Shown here: positions 41,044 to 51,001 of the stretch, piece after piece
How positions within the stretch are numbered: position 1 is the stretch's first letter
Layout of the letters: each line of letters starts with the position of its first letter
DNA from: Thermoproteota archaeon
Lineage (GTDB): Archaea > Thermoproteota > EX4484-205 > JAAOZP01
Length of the DNA stretch: 57,565 nt
Assembly (NCBI GenBank): GCA_049700215.1
Contig: JBNAVT010000010.1
Span: 1-57,565, forward strand
Reading direction: 5' to 3'
Translations under genes and position numbers: made by a program
The notes under the pieces: generated by a model
Databases searched by the model: none
The model's input: only the letters and a program-made list of their open reading frames with translations
Told to the model about the DNA's origin: nothing

Positions 41044-41413
41044 AGAGCTTCACCACTTTCTCTGCCAGAGAAATCAGATACTCAGCATCCTCTTTGTCGA
41101 AAGACTTATAAAAGTATCTGCTTGTCAAACATGAATCCTCCAGTGTGTGAAGCCCATTCTTGTTCTCCTTTATGAATTGAGAAACTCCCGTAAAACCTGT
41201 TCGTTCAAGCTCCTTAAGAAGGAAGATTATAGAATGCGTTCTAGGATAATCTCCAACGATTTCAAGCAGCGTGGATTTTAAATAGAGTTGGGCAGCCTGC
41301 TCCGCGTTGAAAGCGGCTACATCGTAATTTCCCTTCCCAGTTAAATACTTGGAAGTCTCCAGAAAAACCGTTGCCCTCCTCCTCATCAGCACCACCTCTT
41401 CCTTAGCACTCAA
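41009..41413 (-). CDS. HEPN-domain protein
   Basis: AAFNAEQAAQLYLK, PRTHS and SRY motifs. Confidence 0.88.
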   Translation of the reverse strand: MSAKEEVVLMRRRATVFLETSKYLTGKGNYDVAAFNAEQAAQLYLKSTLLEIVGDYPRTHSIIFLLKELERTGFTGVSQFIKENKNGLHTLEDSCLTSRYFYKSFDKEDAEYLISLAEKVVKLCEDVRNCLGKS

Positions 41414-41577
41414 TACTTTCTAATATGTTCTGAAACTGGTTTAAAAGGCTATAGATTAGCACGCGCAAACAGCCGTTTGTCAAGATGGTTTAGCCCTATA
41501 TAGCAACGTTTTTACTGTGTAACAAACAATAAGTTTCTCGCTCAGCGATAAGGTTAAATCGCCTGAAAAAGGGGTTT

Positions 41578-43101
41578 TTGGAGATGGACTCGAAGCAGGG
41601 AAAATTCTACATAACGACTGCGATCGACTATGTTAACGCTTACCCGCATTTAGGACACTTATACGAGAAGGTTTGCGCAGACATAATCGCTAGGTGGAAT
41701 AGGCTCGCTGGCAGGGATGTTTTCTTCCTCACAGGTACCGACGAGAACGCTGCGAAGAACGAGAGGGCGGCAAAGGAGGCTGGCTTAGAGGTTAAGGAGT
41801 TTATAGACAGGAATGCAAAGAGGTTCCAAGAGCTTTGTAAAGCGTTCAACATATCTAACGATGACTTCATAAGGACCACCGAGGAGAGACACCGGAAAGT
41901 CTCCCAGTTAATATTCACGAAAATGCTTGAAAACGGGGATATTTACAAGAGTAGTTATAGCGGGTTATACTGCTATGGCTGCGAGGAGTATAAGACTGAG
42001 AAAGACCTCGTAGAAGGCAAGTGCCCAGAGCATGGAACAGAGCCAGAGTATATTGAGGAGGAGTGCTACTTCTTCAGGCTGAGCAAGTATGAGAAGCAGA
42101 TACTAAAACTAGTCGAGGAAAACCGGTTTATCATACCTGAGAGGAGAAGACAGGAGATCATTGCGAGAATAAAAAACGAGGGCCTTAAGGACCTAGCGGT
42201 AAGCAGGTCGCGCATAAACTGGGGCGTCAGCGTTCCTTTCGACCCTAAGCACAAGATATACGTTTGGGTCGACGCGCTGGTTAACTATGTTTCAGCCCTA
42301 GGCTACCCGGACGGGGAGAAGTACAGGAAGTACTGGCCTGCAGACGTGCATCTAATCGGAAAAGGCATAAACTGGTTCCACTCAGTCATATGGCCCGCCA
42401 TACTGCTTTCATGCGGCATCCCTCTGCCCAAACACATACTTGTCCACGGATACATAACAATTGGCGGTGAAAAGCTTTCGAAGTCCAAAGGCACTGCAAT
42501 AGATCCGTTTAAACTATTGGAGAAATATGAGGTTGACGCTGTAAGATACTTTCTCGCGAGAGACATCCCTTTCTTCGAGGACGGGGATTTCACCGAGAAA
42601 GCTCTTATAGAAAGGGTTAACGGGGAGCTTGTTGGAAACATAGGCAATTTCATCCATAGAACTTTAACGCTCATCTGGAATCTTTACGGCGGCGAAGTGC
42701 CTGAGCCGCAGAACTATGAGAGGGATGGGGAATGCTTGAAGCTTGTTGAAAGCATTAGGAGGCTCCCCAGCGTAATGAAGGAGAGGTTTGAGAATTACGA
42801 GATAGATAGGGCTTTGAAAGAGGTTGCCGACTTCGCTATTCAGTGCAACAGGTTTCTGCAGGTTAAGGAGCCATGGAAAACCAGGGATCCAAACGCTTTG
42901 TTCACCTCAGTGAATGCTGTGAGGACGCTGGCCATAGTTCTACGACCATACTTGCCAAGCTCATCCGAGAAGACCTGGAAGACCCTTAATTTGGAGGGAT
43001 TGCCTGAAGACTATGGTTGGGACTCAGCCGGGGAGCTCGCAATTAAGCCTGGACACAGGATAAGAAAGCCTGAAATAGTCTTCAAAAAGATAACGATTTA
43101 A
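41578..43101 (+). CDS. metG: Methionyl-tRNA synthetase (short form)
   Basis: YITTAIDYVN..HLGH, TGTDE, YVWVDAL and KLSKS. Confidence 0.95.
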   Translation: MEMDSKQGKFYITTAIDYVNAYPHLGHLYEKVCADIIARWNRLAGRDVFFLTGTDENAAKNERAAKEAGLEVKEFIDRNAKRFQELCKAFNISNDDFIRTTEERHRKVSQLIFTKMLENGDIYKSSYSGLYCYGCEEYKTEKDLVEGKCPEHGTEPEYIEEECYFFRLSKYEKQILKLVEENRFIIPERRRQEIIARIKNEGLKDLAVSRSRINWGVSVPFDPKHKIYVWVDALVNYVSALGYPDGEKYRKYWPADVHLIGKGINWFHSVIWPAILLSCGIPLPKHILVHGYITIGGEKLSKSKGTAIDPFKLLEKYEVDAVRYFLARDIPFFEDGDFTEKALIERVNGELVGNIGNFIHRTLTLIWNLYGGEVPEPQNYERDGECLKLVESIRRLPSVMKERFENYEIDRALKEVADFAIQCNRFLQVKEPWKTRDPNALFTSVNAVRTLAIVLRPYLPSSSEKTWKTLNLEGLPEDYGWDSAGELAIKPGHRIRKPEIVFKKITI

Positions 43102-43123
43102 GGAGGGGGCTTGGGTATATTAC

Positions 43124-43199
43124 GGGCCCGTGGCCAAGCCAGGATAAAGGCGTCGGCCTTCGGAGCCGGAGAACCTGGGTTCAAATCCCAGCGGGCCCG
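43124..43199 (+). tRNA. tRNA-Arg(TCG), intronless, CCA not encoded
   Basis: Acceptor stem GGGCCCG/CGGGCCC, anticodon arm TCGGC-CT TCG GA-GCCGG, T arm CTGGG TTCAAAT CCCAG. Confidence 0.95.
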
Positions 43200-43404
43200 A
43201 TTTTATGGTTTAAACTATCCGCGGCTTGCAAAGAGAATTATTTGCAGGATACTCCAACCTGTTGTTAACCATCCCGTAAAGATGAAAGCACGTAGCGGAA
43301 TCACGCGTCATATTCTTACTCTAAAAGAAGTTTTAAACCTTAACTAGAATGATCTTACGGTTGATTTTTACTTCTGATGATCAAATTCCTAATGACGCGC
43401 GCGC

Positions 43405-43558
43405 TAATCTAATGATCGTCATTCTCAACCTGATTCCGATACAGGCAGCAGGTGGCTTCGTGTGGGATGGGAAAAAGATATTTAAATGGAACAGGAGTAT
43501 GTGGATAACGCTCGTTATAGCAATATTCTTTCTGATTATATTGGATTTTCTAGTTTAA
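43405..43558 (+). pseudogene. C-terminal fragment of an M50 (site-2) protease-like membrane protein
   Basis: NLMIVILNLIPIQAAGGFVWDGKKIFKWN (NxxP...DG motif) begins right at a GC tract. Confidence 0.6.
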
Positions 43559-43845
43559 CCTGTTTTCCAAGAATTTCGATAATAGGAAAACAAAAAACAG
43601 ACTAGCATTTGCGTAAAACAGGATTCGGGTTAAGGAGATGAAAGCGTAGCGCACGCTAGCTTGACGGTGCGCTTACTTTGATTTGCTTACGTGGCGAATT
43701 TTTCTCTAAAGAAATTATTTATCGTTTTTGGTAAAGGGTTTTAACTGCCAGGTTCCTTTCCTGATGCTACTCTTCAGTTCCTCTCAGTATTAACCCAACT
43801 GGGTAAATAACCGAAAAAAATAAATAGGGATTTAATAACCCATGG

Positions 43846-46551
43846 TTGATGTCTTATCTGAAGGAAGAAATTGCAAGGAGAGTGCATTCCATAAGTGTTG
43901 ACGAGGCATTACGTATACTTAATACAAGTATTAAGGGGCTGTCCAGCGAGGAGGCTAAAGCTAGGCTTGAAAAACATGGTTACAACGAGTTTACTATCGG
44001 TGAAAAGATTTCGCCTTTAAAAATCTTTCTTAACCAGTTTAAAAATATCCTAATACTGATTCTAATCGGTGCGACACTGCTTTCACTAGCTACCGGACAT
44101 GATATTGATGCCCTGGTTATTCTCGTCATAGTTTTCGTGTCGGCTATACTCGGGTTTTACCAGGAGTATCGTGCCGAAAAAGCTTTGGAGGCGCTTAAGA
44201 AAATGCTCAGTCCAACTGTTACTGTGGTAAGGGATTCTAAAGAAGTCACGATACCTCTGAGAGAAGTTGTTCCAGGCGACATACTTGTATTGAAAGAGGG
44301 AGACAGGGTTCCTGCAGACGCTAGATTAATCGAAACGATCAACTTGCGTCTTAACGAGGCTTCCTTGACTGGTGAGTCTGTGCCCGTGTTTAAAGATGTA
44401 GAGCCTCTTCCAGAGGATACGCCTGTTTCAGACAGGAAAAACATGGTTTTCTCTGGAACTGAGGTTGTCGGTGGAAAAGGAAAGGCAGTTGTTGCCGCCA
44501 CAGGTATGAATACGGAGTTTGGCAGAATAGCGAAGGACGTGGCTGCTGCTGAAAAAGAGGAGACACCCTTAGAGAAGAAAGCTAAGGAAATAGGGAAATG
44601 GCTCGGAGGAATAGCGTTGACCATAGTAATCAGTGTGGTAATAATTGGGTTTTATAGGGATATGCCGTTGATAGAGGCTTTGCTTTTCGGCGTTGCTTTA
44701 GCGGTGGCAGCAGTCCCAGAGGCTTTGCCAGCTGTCGTGACGGGTAGCCTTGCCATAGGAATGTATAGGATGGCGAAAAGGAATGCGCTCGTTAGAAGGA
44801 TGCCGGCTGTAGAAACTTTGGGAACAGTGACTGTTATCTGCTCAGATAAGACTGGAACATTAACTAAGGGCGAGATGACTGTTCGGAAAATTTATGTTCT
44901 CGGCAATAGTGTTGAGGTCTCTGGAGTCGGTTATATTCCCGAAGGTACTTTTCATGTCGATAGTGGTGATGTGAAGGTTTTACAGGACGAGGGCTTCAAA
45001 CATTTGATGAAATGTTCGCTTTTATGCAATGATGCTGAGCTGATACGTGAAGATGATAAATGGTTTATTAAGGGAGATCCTACGGAAGGCGCGCTTCTGG
45101 TTGCTGCTGCAAAATCTGGCATGCGGCAGGAGTTGAGAAAAGATTATCCGCGAATAAATGAAGTCCCATTCAGCTCTGAGAGAAAACTTATGACTACTGT
45201 CCACTTGACTCCGGAAGGCGATAAAATTTTCTGTATGAAAGGCGCGCCGGAGAAAGTCTTAGAGAAATGCACTCACATATATGAACTTGACGGTGTTAAG
45301 GAATTAACCGAGGAAAGAAAGAAAGAGATATTGATGGTTAATAATGAGATGGCTGGAAACGCCCTTAGGGTTTTAGGAGTAGCCTGCAAAAGAACAACCG
45401 AGGACGTAAATAATCTGAATGAAGAAGCTGTAGAAAGCAACATGGTGTTCCTTGGCTTGATTGGCATGATGGATCCGCCTAGAGAAGAGGCAATAAAGGC
45501 TGTAGAAATATGCAAGCAAGTAGGGATAAAAACAGTTATGATAACTGGCGACCATAAGCTTACGGCGGTTTCAGTAGCTAAGGAGCTGGGGATCTATAAA
45601 GAAGGTGACTTGGTTTTGACGGGCGAAGAATTGGAGAAGATGTCAGATAGGGAATTAGAGGATATGGTTGAGAAGGTGACGGTTTACGCTCGTGTATCTC
45701 CTGAGCATAAACTGAAAATTGTTCGAGCATGGAAAAACAACGGGCATATTGTTGCGATGACCGGAGATGGGGTTAACGATGCGCCAGCCTTAAAACACGC
45801 TGATATCGGTGTCGCAATGGGTATAACAGGCACGGAGGTCTCTAAAGAAGCTGCGGACATGGTGTTAGCGGATGACAACTTTGCAACAATCGTGAACGCA
45901 ATTGAACTTGGCAGATGGATTTACGATAACATAAAGAAATACCTAACATACCTCTTGCAGGCAAATCTGGTTGAGATATTGATGCTTTCAGTAGCGGTTC
46001 TGCTCGGGTTCCCTATGCCACTGCTTCCAGTACAAATCCTTTACGTAAACCTTGCCACAGATGGTCTTCCCGCCTTAGCCTTAGGTGTAAGCCCACCAGA
46101 CCCAGACATAATGAAGAGGCCTCCTAGAGATCCAAAGGAAACAATATTCACTCGAGAAGTTAAATCGTTTCTTCTGCGTGCATTGATAGTGGAAGTACCT
46201 TTACTCATTTGGTTCTTCTTAGCATCTCTTCCAAATGAAGAATTTGCTCGCTCAAGGGTTTTCATAGCATTCATTCTCTTCGAATTGATTCTGGCATTAA
46301 CTTGCCGTTCATTAAAATATACTATTTTCGAAACGCGTCCCCAAAAGTTCTTGTTAGCAGCTGTCTCTTGGGAAATACTGCTTATGCTGATTCTAATCAG
46401 CTTCCCACTTTCTAGACAGGCACTTGGAATCGTTGAACTAGATCTAACTAGCTTCATATGGGCCATTGGCCTATCGTTAATAACCTTAGCCAGCATTGAG
46501 GGAACCAAGCTCCTGCTTAGGAATTCATCCAAGACTTCTTCCGAGAAATAG
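43846..46551 (+). CDS. P-type cation ATPase (type II, Ca2+-like)
   Basis: TGES, PEALP, DKTGTLT, KGAPE and TGDGVNDAP. Confidence 0.95.
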   Translation: MMSYLKEEIARRVHSISVDEALRILNTSIKGLSSEEAKARLEKHGYNEFTIGEKISPLKIFLNQFKNILILILIGATLLSLATGHDIDALVILVIVFVSAILGFYQEYRAEKALEALKKMLSPTVTVVRDSKEVTIPLREVVPGDILVLKEGDRVPADARLIETINLRLNEASLTGESVPVFKDVEPLPEDTPVSDRKNMVFSGTEVVGGKGKAVVAATGMNTEFGRIAKDVAAAEKEETPLEKKAKEIGKWLGGIALTIVISVVIIGFYRDMPLIEALLFGVALAVAAVPEALPAVVTGSLAIGMYRMAKRNALVRRMPAVETLGTVTVICSDKTGTLTKGEMTVRKIYVLGNSVEVSGVGYIPEGTFHVDSGDVKVLQDEGFKHLMKCSLLCNDAELIREDDKWFIKGDPTEGALLVAAAKSGMRQELRKDYPRINEVPFSSERKLMTTVHLTPEGDKIFCMKGAPEKVLEKCTHIYELDGVKELTEERKKEILMVNNEMAGNALRVLGVACKRTTEDVNNLNEEAVESNMVFLGLIGMMDPPREEAIKAVEICKQVGIKTVMITGDHKLTAVSVAKELGIYKEGDLVLTGEELEKMSDRELEDMVEKVTVYARVSPEHKLKIVRAWKNNGHIVAMTGDGVNDAPALKHADIGVAMGITGTEVSKEAADMVLADDNFATIVNAIELGRWIYDNIKKYLTYLLQANLVEILMLSVAVLLGFPMPLLPVQILYVNLATDGLPALALGVSPPDPDIMKRPPRDPKETIFTREVKSFLLRALIVEVPLLIWFFLASLPNEEFARSRVFIAFILFELILALTCRSLKYTIFETRPQKFLLAAVSWEILLMLILISFPLSRQALGIVELDLTSFIWAIGLSLITLASIEGTKLLLRNSSKTSSEK

Positions 46552-46718
46552 CGCGCTACGGCGTTTATTCAAAGAACAGTGCTGAAAATTATAATCCTTA
46601 TATTTTTACTATTTTTCTCCTATTTAACTTTCCCAAAGGAAGACATACTACCCGATTAAGTTCGCAGGATAATTATAAATCTTAAGCGCGTGCTATGAAA
46701 CTTAGTGTTAGCCTTTGA

Positions 46719-49547
46719 CTACTCCCACTTCCAGACCTTCCTTCCCATGAACAGCTCCGGGAATATAAAGAGCCCCCAGCTTGCTACGCCTATAACGTAT
46801 ACTAGGTCCATTAGGCTTAAACCTGTTAGATGGAATAGTTGCTGCGTTATGGGTATATAGGTTATTCCAAGGGTTAATGCTACGGACACTAAATCAGCTG
46901 TGACGAAGAACTTGTTCTCGAACGCTTTCCTGCCCATTCTCCAGACGCTATGTTTCTCTGAACGGCAGTTCCAGACGACGAAGAGCTCGAACATCGCTGC
47001 CTGCACGAAAGCCGTTGTAGTGGCCTCCCTGTAGGTTAGCTCTCTAGCAACCTCATCTATGATCCCGCCAGGAAGCATCCAAGGGTGAGAAGGCCACACG
47101 TAATACTCTAGGCAGAAAACAAGAATAGTTCCAGTCGCCTGCAGAATGAAGGATGCTATGATAAATGCTCCCATCCCATGTAGTATGCTTTCCTCAGGCT
47201 TGCGCGGCGGCCTATCCATAACATCCATGTCAGGCGGGTCAGTTGCTAGAGCTACTGCTGGCGCACCATCCGTAACAAGATTTATCCAGAGTATCATCGC
47301 CGGCAGGAGTGGGAGTGGGAACATTGCTTCACCGAATATTCCGCCGAGGATTGCGAAGGTTCCTATCACGAGCAGTTCGTCGAAGTTGCATGCCAGCAGG
47401 AAACGCCCATACTTTCTGATGTTATCGTATATCACCCTGCCCTGTTCAACAGCCTTAACTATCGTCGCGAAGTTGTCGTCCGTCAGAATAAGGTCTGAGG
47501 CCTCCTTAGTAACGTCTGTCCCCGTTATACCCATTGCCACGCCAACGTCAGCAGCCTTAACCGCAGGCGCATCGTTAACCCCGTCGCCTGTCATCGCAAC
47601 AATGTGGCCCTTCTTCTTCAAAGCGTTTACAATCCTAAGCTTGTGCTCAGGAGAAACCCTGGCGTAAACCGTCACCTTCTCGACGATCTTCTCAAACTCC
47701 TCGTCGCTCAACTTATCCAACTCCCCACCCGTTAAAACCAAATCACCATCCTTGAAGATGCCTACTTCCTTGGCTACGGCGACAGCCGTAAGCCTGTGGT
47801 CCCCGGTTATCATAACGGTCTTTATGCCTGCTTTCTGGCAAAGCTTATTAGCCTCAACAGCCTCCTCCCTCGGAGGGTCAATCATCCCCTGGAGCCCGAC
47901 GAAAACCATTTCCCTCTCAACAGCCTCATCATCATGATGCTCAAGCATCGTTTCCGGCAGTCGCCTATATGCCATGGCAAGCAGCCTTAGAGCATTCCCC
48001 GCCAGCTTCTCGTTAACCTCAAGAACCCTTCTTCTCCTCTCCTCCGTTAAAACCTTCTCCTCACCATTTTCAAGAATACGGTTGCACCTCTCCAGAACGA
48101 TTTCGGGTGCTCCCTTCATGTAGGCGTGAACTTCCCCCTCCGGGGTTTTATGGATGGTGGTCATACGTTTCCTCTCGGAGGTGAACGGGATCTCCCCAAT
48201 TCTTGGGAAACTCTTCTCCAAAGCCTCTTTCCCAAGCCCAGCCTTAGCGGCTGAGACGATTAGAGCGCCCTCCGTTGGGTCTCCGAAGACCTCCCAAGCA
48301 TTGTTCTGATCATTCCTCCTCAAGCTGGCGTTATTGCATAACGCGCCTATTCTTAGGAGAAGCCCGAGACTTCCCCTTGGTTCAATAGGGTCGTCGCCGA
48401 CCCTGAACTCCCCCTTAGGCTCGTACCCTACTCCAGTTACTTCAACAAGCTTTCCGTCAACGTATATTTGGCGGACAGTCATCTCCCCCTTGGTTATTGT
48501 CCCAGTCTTGTCTGAGCATATCACCGTCACCGCGCCTAGGCTTTCAGCCGAAGACAACCGTCTCACAATAGCGTTCCGCTTCGCAAACTCCCTGGCGCCT
48601 AAGGCGAGCGCTATGGTGACTATCGCCGGAAGCCCCTCTGGGACTGCTGAAATAGCTAGGGCTATTGAGGACATGAAGGCCTGGATAAAGCCCTCGATTT
48701 CAAAATGCATCTGCATAATTACTTCAAAGGCTTCGAGGGCGAAAATTAACACGCAGACGGCGATTACAATCTTAGCTATTTTACTGGCGAACCTGTCGAG
48801 CTTCTTCTGTAGGGGTGTTTCCTCCTCCTCAGCTGTTTGAACCATCTCAGCGATCTTGCCGAACTCGGTGTTCATGCCTGTAGCTACGGCAACAGCCTTC
48901 CCCCTGCCGTAGACAATATGCGTCGCGGAGAAAACCATGTTCTTCCTCTCGGATACTGGAGCATCCTCCTTCAGAACCGTTAACTCTTTTCCAACCGGAG
49001 TGGATTCTCCGGTTAAAACTGCTTCATTCGCCTTCAGCTCAACGGCTTCAATGATGCGAGCGTCAGCAGGAACATGGTCACCCGCCTCCAGTGCGAGAAT
49101 ATCCCCGGGAACCACTTCGCTTGCCGGTATAAATATTTCCTCCCCATCCCTTATTACCCGGGCTTTCGGAGCAGCCAACTTCTTAAGGGCTTCAACAGCC
49201 TTCTCAGCCCTATACTCCTGAACGAAACCCGTGACTGCGCATAAAACAACTATAGCGCTTATCGTAATAACGTCCGCAAACGACTCCATGAATTCACCAC
49301 CCTGTAGCATCTCGTAGTAACCAACTATGGCAGAGAATATCGTTGCGGCGATCAGTAGAATAATAAACACGTCTTTAAATTCGTCCAGGAACATTTGCAG
49401 AGCTGTTCTACGCTTCACCTCCTTGATCTCGTTGGGCCCATATTTTTTAAGACGCTCAGAAGCCTCCTGTGAAGACAAGCCCTCGCGACTCACGCCTAGC
49501 TCCTTTAAAACTTCCTCGACGCTCATAGCATACCAAGGCCTAGACAT
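46719..49547 (-). CDS. P-type cation ATPase (type II, Ca2+-like), second paralog
   Basis: TGES, PEGLP, DKTGTIT, KGAPE, TGDGVNDAP and WINLVTDG. Confidence 0.95.
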   Translation of the reverse strand: MSRPWYAMSVEEVLKELGVSREGLSSQEASERLKKYGPNEIKEVKRRTALQMFLDEFKDVFIILLIAATIFSAIVGYYEMLQGGEFMESFADVITISAIVVLCAVTGFVQEYRAEKAVEALKKLAAPKARVIRDGEEIFIPASEVVPGDILALEAGDHVPADARIIEAVELKANEAVLTGESTPVGKELTVLKEDAPVSERKNMVFSATHIVYGRGKAVAVATGMNTEFGKIAEMVQTAEEEETPLQKKLDRFASKIAKIVIAVCVLIFALEAFEVIMQMHFEIEGFIQAFMSSIALAISAVPEGLPAIVTIALALGAREFAKRNAIVRRLSSAESLGAVTVICSDKTGTITKGEMTVRQIYVDGKLVEVTGVGYEPKGEFRVGDDPIEPRGSLGLLLRIGALCNNASLRRNDQNNAWEVFGDPTEGALIVSAAKAGLGKEALEKSFPRIGEIPFTSERKRMTTIHKTPEGEVHAYMKGAPEIVLERCNRILENGEEKVLTEERRRRVLEVNEKLAGNALRLLAMAYRRLPETMLEHHDDEAVEREMVFVGLQGMIDPPREEAVEANKLCQKAGIKTVMITGDHRLTAVAVAKEVGIFKDGDLVLTGGELDKLSDEEFEKIVEKVTVYARVSPEHKLRIVNALKKKGHIVAMTGDGVNDAPAVKAADVGVAMGITGTDVTKEASDLILTDDNFATIVKAVEQGRVIYDNIRKYGRFLLACNFDELLVIGTFAILGGIFGEAMFPLPLLPAMILWINLVTDGAPAVALATDPPDMDVMDRPPRKPEESILHGMGAFIIASFILQATGTILVFCLEYYVWPSHPWMLPGGIIDEVARELTYREATTTAFVQAAMFELFVVWNCRSEKHSVWRMGRKAFENKFFVTADLVSVALTLGITYIPITQQLFHLTGLSLMDLVYVIGVASWGLFIFPELFMGRKVWKWE

Positions 49548-50048
49548 CCTAATCCCTCTCCGGTTCTCGGCATTATGAGAAAAAAACCATTTATAAGATT
49601 AACTGTTGCAGTTACAACATGGAACCAGTATAATTTCTAACCAGGTCTCATTAACTTGCGGAGTGACCAAAATATTAAAAGCTTCTGGAGCAAGCGGATA
49701 ATTCTAAACCATCCTCCGCCTCCAGTAACTTTTCCTTCTTCTGCTCATTTCTTCAAAAGAGTTTTGAACTTCAAGTGTTCATGCAAGGTGCTTCGGTTAG
49801 TATTTCGAGCAACATTCGTTGTACACTCCGTCATCTTGCAACAATAGTTGGAGCTTCTCTCCTCGATTTTCTTAATCCATCATGCTTTCATCAAACCTTA
49901 ATATTATAACAGTGCTCCACATAGATCGATTAGCACACGCTAAACCAGTCTCTTCCTCGACAACTTGATACGAAAACTCGATTAGGGCTACTGTGAAAGA
50001 AAGTTTCATTGCCCATTAATAACTAGCAGGTGGGATTCAAGGAAAGCT

Positions 50049-50078
50049 AAAAGCTTATATACGAATACGTATTCGTAT
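50049..50078 (+). promoter_or_regulatory. TATA box plus 20-bp palindromic operator
   Basis: AAAAGCTTATAT overlapping the perfect palindrome ATACGAATACGTATTCGTAT (50059-50078). Confidence 0.65.
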
Positions 50079-50083
50079 TACAC

Positions 50084-50341
50084 ATGGTTTCGAGAATAAT
50101 CCCCATAAGATTGAAGGATCAAGAGTTAAGGCAAATAGACCGGCTAGTAGAATATGGCATTTTTCAGTCAAGAAGCGAGGCTATAAGAGAACTCCTAAGA
50201 CTTGGTGTTGAAAACTTAAGCTACATATCTGAAATTTCTAAGGCTTTGAAGAAGATTTCCGAGCTTGAAAAAGTAGAGGGAAGGATACCGATAGACCTCA
50301 GCGGAGCCACTAAGCAACTGTTGAAGGAGAGGGAGAGATGA
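50084..50341 (+). CDS. Ribbon-helix-helix antitoxin
   Basis: IPIRL..IDRLVEYGIFQSRSEAIRE. Confidence 0.85.
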   Translation: MVSRIIPIRLKDQELRQIDRLVEYGIFQSRSEAIRELLRLGVENLSYISEISKALKKISELEKVEGRIPIDLSGATKQLLKERER

Positions 50342-50847
50342 GCTACATAGACACCAGCGTTATTGTAGCTGCGCTTGATCAACTTGACTCTCGACAAAAA
50401 ATAGCACAAAAAACTCTAGAGAAGAAGGAAAACAAGAAAGTTTCGGAGCTTGTGCTAGCTGAACTTGCTAGTATACTCGTCCGCAGAGAAAGCATGCTAC
50501 AAGAGTTCTCTATAAAGATAAAGATAAGAGAGGAACTCGTCGTCCCAGTAATCATTTTATATATAATGAGGAGATTTAAGCTAAGTTATAGGAGAGTTAG
50601 TGGTTATAAAAGAATTTTCCTGATAGGCGATATATACTCGCCGCTCGCAACAGCCATAGATATCTCATCCAAGTTTAAACTGAAAACCCTCGATCTTCTC
50701 CATTTAGCATATATAAAAGCCGTAATAGAACAGGGAGAGGAAATAAACGAACTTATAACAGTAGACGAAGATTTTGAAAGAAGAAAACAATCTATAGATA
50801 GAGAACTAAACGTGAAAGTAAAAACATTAAACAGCCTCTCAGGTTAG
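50338..50847 (+). CDS. PIN-domain toxin
   Basis: YIDTSVIVA, LKTLDLLHLA and ITVDEDF. Confidence 0.88.
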   Translation: MSYIDTSVIVAALDQLDSRQKIAQKTLEKKENKKVSELVLAELASILVRRESMLQEFSIKIKIREELVVPVIILYIMRRFKLSYRRVSGYKRIFLIGDIYSPLATAIDISSKFKLKTLDLLHLAYIKAVIEQGEEINELITVDEDFERRKQSIDRELNVKVKTLNSLSG

Positions 50848-50887
50848 CACCTACTACCCTACTTCAGGCTCTCAACAATCCGTGATT

Positions 50888-51001
50888 TTAGGAAACTGAT
50901 AGAAGTACTAGTGGCGCGAAGACCTCAGCAACCAGCGACATGACTGTAATCATTGTGTTCAACGATGGGCCGGCGGTGTCCTTGAACGGGTCCCCGACGG
51001 T
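50888..51001 (-). pseudogene. hppA: Last 37 codons of a membrane H+/Na+-translocating pyrophosphatase
   Basis: [31 protein letters not shown]...* is the HppA signature, and it starts at the TAGCGCGCGCGCTT motif. Confidence 0.85.

Noticed and set aside
43111-43347. 78-aa ORF
   Set aside because: It overlaps tRNA-Arg and is spurious. The many antisense shadow ORFs in the track were likewise ignored.
8658-45248. GCGCGC hexamers inside intact CDSs (about 8658, 12565, 45089, 45242)
   Set aside because: They are short, in frame with conserved residues and lack the TA caps, so they are expected by chance.
49620-49930. Possible decayed gene
   Set aside because: There are stops in the candidate frames and no recognisable motif.
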